Origin: the human T2T-CHM13v2.0 reference genome, Homo sapiens
Assembly: GCF_009914755.1 (NCBI RefSeq)
Contig: NC_060944.1
Reading direction: 5' to 3' (one strand)
DNA length: 64,000 nt
The position numbers were made by a program, and so were the translations under genes. Below the pieces are notes generated by a model that saw nothing but the letters and a program-made list of their open reading frames with translations, made no database searches and was not told where the DNA came from. Shown here one piece after another: positions 42,902-64,000 of this stretch (its first letter is position 1; every line of letters begins with the position of its first letter).

Positions 42902-44009
42902 GTCCCCTGCCCCAGTTCATTACTCCTTTCAGTAATCAGCTCAGACTCCAGGTCCTCAGAGAGGAGAATGGGGGCCTGTCTGGGTCTTAAAATCAGGCCT
43001 CAGGGCACAGTTTTCTAAGGCACGGTAAAGAGCCCTGGGCTGGAATATGTATGAATAATTAGGATTATACTGTAGTTAAATAATAATAATCAGAGAACAA
43101 TAATAATAGCTGGCCTTGAGAGCTTATCAGTGTGCTAAGTACACATTGCCTCAGTTAATCACTTCTCTCGAGAATGCTGGGAGGTAAGAGTCATCTTTTT
43201 CCATTTCCAGGAAGTGAAAATCAAGCTCAGAGAGGTTAGTGAACTTGCCCAAGGTCACACAGGTGCCAGATAACTGGCGGAGCCTGAAGAGTGGAGACCT
43301 TATCCAGCGGATGCTTCTTGGGGGACTTTGGGAAGTCCCCAAAAGATTTCCCAAAGATTTATCCCCCAAGAGGATAAATCCTCTTGGAGCCTCAGTTTGC
43401 CCAGATGTACAAAGTACATCTGGAAAAGGCAGAGGGAAAAAAACAGGAGCAAAGGCAGAGGGAAAAAACAGGAGCAAAGAAGCCAGGCGTAATTACAGCT
43501 TATGCCTGTAATTCCAGCACTTTGGCAGGCTGAGGATTGCTCCAGCTTGGGAGTTCAAGACTAGCCTGGGCAACACAGCAAGACTCCATCTCTACAAAAA
43601 ATGTTTTGAAAAATTGGCTGGGCCTGCCGGCATACGCCTGCAGTCCCAACTACTTGGAAGGTTGAGATGGGAGGGTCACTGGAGCCCAGGAGGCTGAGAA
43701 TGCAGTGAGCTGTGATCCTGTCACTGTACTCAAGCCTGGGCAACAGAGTGAGATTCTTTCTCAAAAAAAAAAAAAAAAGAAAGAAAGAAAATGAACAGGA
43801 GCAAAGAAGCATGGACCACCACAGTTTGATGGGGACGTGTAATCAGAAAGGATAACCTGGGGGGAGGAAGCTGAAAGTCCCAAGAACTTTGTAAGTGGCG
43901 TCTAATTAAGCCCATGAGGCAGGAAAATAGCCTATAGTCTTAGGACTAACACTATCCATGAGCCAATCCTTAAGTAAGCAGAATGTAGAAGGCTTGATTT
44001 CATGGCTGA

Positions 44010-44186
<177 letters not shown>

Positions 44187-44360
44187 TAACTGGGATTACA
44201 GGCACGCGCCTCCACGTCTGGCTAATTTTTGTATTCTTAGTAGAGACGGGGTTTCACCATATTGGCTGGGCTGGTCTCGAACTCTTGACCTTGTGATCCG
44301 CCCCCCTCAGCCTCCCAAAGTGCTGGGATTACAGGCATAAACCACCGTGCTCAACCCTAA

Positions 44361-44587
<227 letters not shown>

Positions 44588-44831
44588 TAGCCAGGATGGT
44601 CTCGATCTCCCGACCTCGTGATCCACCCGCCTCGGCCTCCCAAAGTGGGGATTACAGGCGTGAGCCAATATGCCCGGCTCACACCTCTAATCCCAGCACT
44701 TTGGGAGGCCGAGGCGGGTGGATCACCTGAGGTCAAGAGTTCGAGACCAGCCTGGCCAACATGGCAAAACCCCAATCTCTACTAAAAATACAAAAATTAG
44801 CCAGGTATGGTGGCAGGCGCCTGTAATTCTA

Positions 44832-45362
<531 letters not shown>

Positions 45363-45366
45363 TCAT

Positions 45367-45610
45367 AGGCACAGTTATAGCTCATTGCAGCCTCAAACTC
45401 CTAGTGATCATCCTGTCTCAGCCTCCGTAGTAGCTGGGACTGCAGGCGTGCACCACCGCGCCCCACTGATCACTGAGACTTTTGCACCCCAGAAGCTTTC
45501 CTTCATCTAGAAGTTTCCTGATAGATTAGAATTTCAAGGCTTCTGAGTTCTATTAGTTAGAATTTCACAACCAGAGAATTCTATTGATTAGAATTTTATG
45601 GCACCACAGA
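45367..45610 (-). repeat. Right arm of ~245-bp inverted duplication
   Basis: Partner of 42657-42901; both arms share an internal Alu-monomer deletion (atcactaggag). Confidence 0.92.
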
Positions 45611-45705
45611 AATATTGATTAGCATTTCATGGCCATAGAATCCTATTACTCAGAATTTCATGACTTGAGAGTGCTATTGATTTGAATTTCATGGCATCTT
45701 GATGT
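45520..45705 (+). repeat. Degenerate 31-bp tandem array, 6 units
   Basis: Units start at 45520, 45551, 45582, 45613, 45644 and 45675; core approx. TATTGATTAGAATTTCATGGC. Confidence 0.9.
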
Positions 45706-47744
45706 TCCAGCAATGCAGGCGTCCCCAGATACCCACATAAATTGCTCAGATCTCTGCTCAAACTGTCGTTTTCCCAGGGAGGCCTTCCCTGACCTCCTTA
45801 TTGCAAATTGTCTGTCTGCCACCTGCTTTGTTTTTTTCCATGCTGTTTATCACCACTTAACAATATGTCACATACATTACTTACTCCTCCTCGGCTAGAA
45901 TGTAAGAAGCTCTAACAAGACAGAGATTTTTAAATTTTTCTTTTTTTTTTTTGAGACAGGGTCTCACCCTGTCACCCAGGCTAGAGTGCAGTGGCACAAC
46001 CATAGCTCACTGCAGCCTCCATCTCCTGGGCTCAGGTGATCCTCCCACCTCATCCTCCTGAGTAGCTGGGACTACAGGCATGCAGTCACTATTTTAAAAA
46101 TAATTATATAAACCGGGCCTGGCACTGTGGCTCACACCTCTACTCCCAGCACTTTGGGAGGCCGAGGCAGGTGGATCACCTGAGGTCAAGAGTTCAAGAC
46201 CAGCCTGGCCAACATGGCAAAACCCCAATCTCTACTAAAAATACAAAAATTAGCCAGGTGTGGTGGCAGGCACCTGTAATTCTAGCTATGTGGGAGGCTG
46301 AGGCATGAGAATTGCTTGAACCTGGGAGTCAGAGGTTGAGGTGAGCTGAGATTGCACCACTGCACTTCATCCTGGTCAACAGAGCAAGACTCAGTCTCAA
46401 ACAAACAAACAAACAAACAAAAAACAGTAGTGACTGTTAAGTTGTCTACCTGCCTTCTCTAGCATGCTCCACCCCCACTCAATGTTTCAATTCATGGGTG
46501 GAGAGGGGAGTCACTGTGCCCGTCTCCCTAAAAAATAGGTCTCACCTGAGATGAGATCTACACTCCTAGGACAGGGAAAGGAATTGAAATGATGCAGACG
46601 GATGAGTCCAGAAAGGGATGTCCTAGCACCTGGAACCTACTCATTTTTCAGATCTCGAATGTTACCATCACCTGCTCCAGGAAGCTCTCCCTGACAGCCA
46701 GGTTAACTTTGCTTCCCTGTCAAATGCTCTTCAAGCTCCCCACACTCTGTTCACAGGACTCTGTACTGTTTGCATTTAATTATGTATTTATTTGAGGCAA
46801 GATTTCTCTCTGTCACCCAGGCTGGAGTGAAGTGGTGCAATCTCATTTCACCACAGCCTCCACCTCCCAGGCCCAAGTGATCCTCCCACTTCAGTCTCTT
46901 GAGTAGCTGGGACCACAGGCATTCACCACCATGCCCAGCTATTTTTCTTACCTTTTGTAGAGACAGGGTGCCACCATGTTGCCCAGGCTGGTCTCAAACT
47001 CTTGGGCTCAAGCAATTCTCCCACCTCAGCCTCTCAAACTGCAGGAACTACAAGCGTGAGGCACCACACGTGCCCTTTTACTGTTTGTATTTAGAGATGT
47101 GCTGGATGACTGATTGATGTCTGCAGACAAGGACCATATCTAGTTTGTAACTCCTACCTAGACCAGTGCCTGGCACACAGTGCATACGTGTAGAATGAAT
47201 GCATGAATACCACATCACATTCTTGCAAGCAGGATGCAAAAAGACCTGCTGGGCATAAGAGCTGCCAAGGATCAGGGGATGCCAGAGGGAGGAGGACCTT
47301 CGGGGAACTGAGAGTTTGGATTCCAGCTGCCCCTCCAGAGCCAGCTCCTGGGTAAGAGGCCAACTAGAGAAGGGATAGGCAGACCGTGTGCGGTGGTTCA
47401 AGCCTGTAATCCCAGCACTTTGGGAGGCTGACACGGGCAGATCACCTGAGGTCAGGAGCTCAAGACCAGCCTGGCCAACATAGTGAAACCCCATCTGTAT
47501 CAAAAATTAAAAAATGGGGCCAAGCATGGTGATGTGCACCTGTAATCCCAGCTACTCGAGAGGCTGAAGTGGAGAATCACTTGAAGCTGGGAGGCGGAGG
47601 TTGTGGTGAGCTGAGATCGTGCCGCTGCACTCCAGCCTGGGTGACAGGGCGAGACCGTATCTCAAAAAAAAAAAAAAAAGAGAGAGAAACAGACTAAACC
47701 ATATACCATACTGGCGCTGAGACCTGTGGCTCCTGATGCTGTCA

Positions 47745-47862
47745 CAGCAATCAGCCATGCACAATTTGAGCAAACAGACAATACATAACGACACGACACG
47801 GGTGGCTGTGTTTCAACAAAACTCTCCTAATTACACTAAAGTTTGAATTTCACATATCTTTA
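47745..47862 (+). mobile_element. MER58-like hAT fragment
   Basis: cagacaatacataac...ggtggctgtgtttcaacaaaact...acactaaagtttgaatttcacata. Confidence 0.6.
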
Positions 47863-49197
47863 TCGGTTGGGGAAAAGTCTCCCAATCCCAGAGATTAAGT
47901 GTTCAGTTTAAAGTAAGGGTGAGAGCCTCAGGTGGAAGAGAGACCCTTTTTTTCCCACCCCTGAGATGTTAGACAAGTCCCTTAACTGCTCTGAGCCTGG
48001 AGCGCCTGGTTTGGTAAAGGGTCTAATAAAAGTCCTTGACTCCCAAGGCGGTCGTGAGGATTAACTGAGATAACACCTTGAGCTCCAGCCAGGTGGGCTC
48101 AGCATGAGCTACCGGATTGCTATTGTTGGTAATAATTATTATTACTATTACCAGGGGGACTTTGAGAGGAGCAAACGGAAGGACGCATGCAAATCCTCTT
48201 GTGCAATGTCTGGCACCAAGGAGACCTTCCTAACCTCCCCTGTTCTGCAAACCCGTTCCCACCCTAGGTCATTCCAGACGGTCCACCCCAGCATCCTTCA
48301 CTCTCCCCTCAACCCCCTCAATGCTCTCCTCCTCCCCACGATCCCTGGCTCAGACCAGAGGTGGTCATGGCAGCTGGCCAGGGTGCAGAGAGGGCCAGGC
48401 ACAGAGGGAGGAGGGTTCCAACCAGGCCCCCCGCCCATTGTCTGAGCCTGCCAGCCCGCCAGCCAGCTGATGTCCTGGGTCTCCGACACCAGCTGGCCAG
48501 CCCCACCCCCACCCCAATACCCCCTCCTCCCAGGTCCCTCCCTGTCACTCAGCCTCTGCCCCCATCCGCCCACAGCCCAGAAAGACTCAGGGTGTGACCA
48601 GAGGGTCTGAGCTTTTGTCCCCCAAATCGGAGGCTGATTTGCATCTTTTAGCAATTTGCACACCCCATTCATTTGTGTAGAGCTAGACTGCCACAAAGCC
48701 AGCCTGGTCCTTGGGGCTTATTTATTTGAGTGGGGTTATAAAATGTGATTTTGGGTGTTCCCTTTCAGCCTTCAGCACTTCCTCATTCTGGGACTTTGCT
48801 CAGTGGCTTCACCACTGTTCCTTATCTGTAAAACGGAGGCAACACTTTCCTATACAGTGGTTGCGAGGAGTAAGATGTGTGTGATGTGCCTGGAATAAAG
48901 TGGGTGTTCAACAAACAAGAGCTGTTATTATCTAAACATCCTCCAGAGTTAACTGTTAAAACCTGTGCTGGCCTGGCGCAGTGGCTCATGCTTGTAATCC
49001 TAGCACTTTGGGAGGCCGAAGTGGGCGGATCACGGGGTAAGGAGTTCGAGATCAGCCTGGCCAACATAGTGAAATCCCGTCTCTACTAAAAATACAAAAA
49101 TTTGGCCGGTCACAGTGGCTCACACCTATAATCCCAGCACTTTGGGAGGCTGAGGCAGGTGGATCACGAGGTCAGGAGTTCGAGACCAGCCTGGCTA

Positions 49198-49771
<574 letters not shown>

Positions 49772-50479
49772 ATTCAAACCCTCTAATTCTCCAGAGTTTT
49801 TCTCCCTTTTCAGAATAGGGCTCTCTTCTCTGCAGCCTTTCTTCCCCTCACCCCCAACAAGGCCCATCGAGGCACAGTAATCTGCCCCACCCCACCCCCA
49901 CTGTATCCTCTGGGCATAGATTCCAAAACCCCCAGTGGGTGGCTGAAACTGCAAATAGTTCCTAACCCTCCATAGTTTGTACTTGCAATGACCTTGGTGC
50001 GAAGGTGTTCTTTTGTTCTCTGCAGGGCCTGCACCTGGGATGGAGGCTGGAGAACAGGTGTGGAGCTGTGCCCTGGGGCACCGAGGGGATAGGCTCAATT
50101 GTTGGTGTTGTAAAGCAAACAACTGCACCCAACTCTGTCCCAGGCGCCAGCAGAAGCCTCCACCTGCGGAGGTGGACGAGGGAGGGAAGCCCTGGGGAAT
50201 TGTGGGCCCTGTCCCCACTATCTCCCAGAGGCAGTTTAAGATCACATAATAAGTCTGGGCCTGGAATGAACAGTTTCCAGCACAGCTGACACCTGGGGCA
50301 GGTGCTCCAGATGGGAGGCCCAGAGTGCAGGGGGAGGAAAGGCTTGGCAACCTCACAAAGGCCAAGGCTCATCTGCACTGGAGGCTGTGGAAGGTGCGAA
50401 TAAGTCACATTCAGATTATTTCAACCTATACACATTCCACATCCACTGTGGCCCCAACACCACCAGCAGAGAAAAGCAG

Positions 50480-52290
<1,811 letters not shown>

Positions 52291-52914
52291 GAAGGATGCA
52301 CAAGCTCTGTGCTTGGTGCCATGCACAGCACCTAATATGGTTTTCTCACCCACTACCCACAGCCCCTAAGGCAGGTGCTGTTCTCACAGATGGGGAAATG
52401 CCACATAGAGACTATGATTTACCCCAGCCTAGTAACAGACCTATCCAAAGTGTGTCTTTTGTACCACTCCCCCATAGACAATCAGACTTGATAGCCAGGT
52501 TGCTGTTTGAGACCAAATTCTGAGGGCCCCTAGGGATTCACATGCATCAGCATGAGATCTGGGACCTTCTGCTCTAAGGGTGGGCAGCTCTGAACAGGTA
52601 AGTCTTTAACATTCTCAAAGAAGGCTTCAAATATCTGGATTTCTCCTCTCTTTTAGCCTGTCTAGGGCCATTTGTTTAGAGGAAAAATTTAAAAAGCAAA
52701 TCACAGTCCTCCAGGGCATTCATGAAACCATGTATATGCCTTCCTTGGCCTCAGGCTTAAACATCCCTTCCCTGGTCTCCAAGATTGCAGCGTGCAGCCC
52801 CGCCCACTCTGCCTAGAGGTCTCTCTGTCCCTCCAGCCTGAACAACTGGGACAAGGGGTGGGACAGAGGGAATGAAAAGCTCTGCGGGTGTGGAAGGTAA
52901 AGAAGAGGTGATGG

Positions 52915-62165
<9,251 letters not shown>

Positions 62166-62632
62166 CAGTTATTAAAATTACGATGATGAAATTTTAGGCA
62201 TTTAGAATACTTCAGGCCAAAAACACTTTGAGCCAGGGGGCTCGCTCAAAGGCATGCGCAAAAGCCATCAGGCCTGTACCTGGAGAACTCAGGTGAGACG
62301 TTGCCACTCGTTGTAATCCCTCCCCCTAGCACTCGGCCCCCGAGCCTGGGCCACTGCCCTGGCTACACCGGGAAGTCTGGAGCTAGAAAGTGGGCCGTGC
62401 GCGTGACGGGCGCGCGTGACGCCGAGGGGGCAGGTCTGAGAAGCAGGCTGCGCCGGGATTCGGCGGTCGGTTCCCGCGGAAGGGGCGGGTCAGGTTAGGG
62501 GGCGGTGCTTAATGGGAGCTGGTCTTGGGGCCGGGCTTCCGCGTGCGTTGGCCTGGCGGCGAGAGCGCGCGGCGGGGGCGTGCCCGGCGGGCGGGGCGGG
62601 GCCAGCCGGGGGCGGGGCGGGGCGCGGCCTAA

Positions 62633-62674
62633 CGGCGGCGGCGGCGGCGGCGACGGCGACAGCAGCGGTGGTGG
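62633..62674 (+). repeat. (CGG)6 followed by interrupted CGA/CGG/CAG/TGG triplets
   Basis: Read directly: cgg x6 at 62633-62650, then cga cgg cga cag cag cgg tgg tgg. Confidence 0.95.
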
Positions 62675-62711
62675 TGTCTGGTTAGCTCGGCGGCTGCAGA
62701 TCTCGCGGCGA

Positions 62712-62789
62712 CGCCTGCGAGGGACCCGGGCCGCGGGTCGAGGCGGGCGGCGCCTGCGAGGGACCCGTGTCGCGGGTAGAGGCGGGCGG
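62712..62789 (+). repeat. 39-bp tandem duplication (2 copies)
   Basis: cgcctgcgagggacccgggccgcgggtcgaggcgggcgg / cgcctgcgagggacccgtgtcgcgggtagaggcgggcgg; 3 mismatches. Confidence 0.95.
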
Positions 62790-62811
62790 CGCGCGGCGGC
62801 GGCGCTCGGCG

Positions 62812-62845
62812 ATGGTAGGCGTCCCTGGAGCGGCCGCCTTCCAGC
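62812..62845 (+). CDS. CBFA2T2: CBFA2T2 (MTGR1, ETO-family corepressor) first coding exon, 34 coding nt
   Basis: gcgATGG Kozak at 62812; ATG GTA GGC GTC CCT GGA GCG GCC GCC TTC CAG C followed by consensus donor GTAAGT (62846). Peptide MVGVPGAAAFQ(L) matches my recollection of the MTGR1 N-terminus and the known gene order next to SNTA1. Confidence 0.9.
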
Positions 62846-63269
62846 GTAAGTGGGGCGTGAATGCGGGCGGCCGAGGGGGGCGTGTGAGGGCCTGCGGCTC
62901 CGCAGGCGCGGTGATTCCGAGTGCCCCGGGCGCGAGGCCGGGAGTGGAAACTGAGGCCCGAAGCGGGGCGGCGGATCCAAGGTCACGCAGCGGGGCGGGC
63001 CTTCCCGGGCTCCTGAGGCCACCCCGTCGCTTCCTGCGCCGCCCGAAGAGCTCGGGGCTCACGGTGTGAGGGAAATTGTGGGGCCCGCGGCCTCGGAACT
63101 TAGGCCGGGCCGGCGTCCATGGGACTTGCCGGCGGGCAAGAATCATTTTGTTGTCCCAGCGCTGGGGCCACGAAGTCCGGCTCCTGGGGAAATACTACAC
63201 CCGCCCGATGTTGAGGGTTGGAGGAGATGAGAATGGCCCCTCGGAGGGCCTGTTTGAGCGCAGGCTCAG

Positions 63270-63455
63270 TAGTTGGCTACCTGGGTTCACATCCAGGCTT
63301 CCCCATTTAGGTAGTGACCTTGGCTCTCCCGGTGCCTCAGTTCCCCCATCTGCAAAATGGGGATGTGGAGCGGGTTCCCTCCCTCCCCCAGGGTTCTTGG
63401 GTTTTGTGAGGCCAGTAAAACGCTTGACACCGACCGTGGCACACACACAATTGTG
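63270..63455 (+). mobile_element. MIR, CpG-retaining, at the edge of the CBFA2T2 island
   Basis: cctgggttcacatcc...gtgaccttgg...gcctcagttcccccatctgcaaaatgggg...ttttgtgagg. Confidence 0.75.
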
Positions 63456-64000
63456 AAAACTGTCATTATTGTAATCGTCCTTTATTAATCTGATCCAGTG
63501 TGCACCGCACTCGGAAAAGTCCGAAATTAGGCTCTAGCCGTGTTAAGATTTTGTTTTGTTGTCTGTTAGTCCTGCTCCATGATCTAATTGTTATTCTTAC
63601 TTCCATTTAGCCATTCCAGTATTTATCTAGTGTTCCTCCTTGATGTGTGAGATCCTTGGGGGAGGGGTGGCTTCTCTGAATAAGAACAATAAAATTTTAA
63701 TTGTTTTTCATTATTGTAATTATAATAGCCAACATTTTTTTGAGCACCAGACATTTTGCATTCTATTCACTTAATATTTATTAAATCATATAGTAAGTTT
63801 AAAAATACCATTCCAGGCCCTGGGAATACAATAAACAAGATAGACCGAACTGGGGTTTTGAGTTTAGTTAGGAGAGGGAGAGACATAGTAAATGAGGAAA
63901 CAGATAAACATGTTTTGCATGTTTTTTTAATTGTTTAATCTTGATGACATCCTAAGTAAGACATTATTTGAGGATGCCCATTTTGCAGAGGATGAAACTG

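Larger units (their letters stand above)
62330..63260 (+). promoter_or_regulatory. CBFA2T2: CpG island promoter / 5' UTR of CBFA2T2
   Basis: Dense CpG, tandem GC boxes (62590-62624), TGACG half-sites (~62404, ~62417), NRF1-like GCATGCGCA just upstream (~62252). Confidence 0.88.

Noticed and set aside
45520-45705. CRISPR-like look (conserved head plus variable tail at fixed period)
   Set aside because: The period is only 31 bp, the variable parts are related to each other, the repeats are degenerate, there are no cas genes, and the context is primate DNA. It is a minisatellite.

Overview
Primate, almost certainly human, genomic DNA; by recall this is the SNTA1-CBFA2T2 region of 20q11.2. The minus strand carries SNTA1 (alpha-1 syntrophin) coding exons 1 (16834-16525) and 2 (12240-12055), and the window starts inside intron 2. 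About 46 kb upstream, the plus strand carries the CpG-island promoter and first coding exon (62812-62845, MVGVPGAAAFQ) of CBFA2T2/MTGR1. The rest is extremely Alu-dense, with MIR, L2, old L1, hAT DNA-transposon and ERV1 LTR remnants; nearly all long ORFs in the track are Alu artefacts. I see no prokaryote-type system (CRISPR, operon). The most unusual structure is a 42.6-46.4 kb intergenic cluster of locally templated rearrangements: a ~245-bp inverted duplication (~86% identical by hand count) carrying a 31-bp array with 93-bp higher-order structure, a dense nest of overlapping hairpins, and a tail-less 270-bp copy of a neighbouring Alu. Smaller fold-back scars, near-zero-spacer Alu palindromes, a (GGAA)14 microsatellite, candidate enhancers, a possible GUG-initiated SNTA1 extension, and CGG and 39-bp repeats in the CBFA2T2 5' region are also noted. 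Repeat family names are from recalled consensus sequences, not a database run, and repeat boundaries are approximate.
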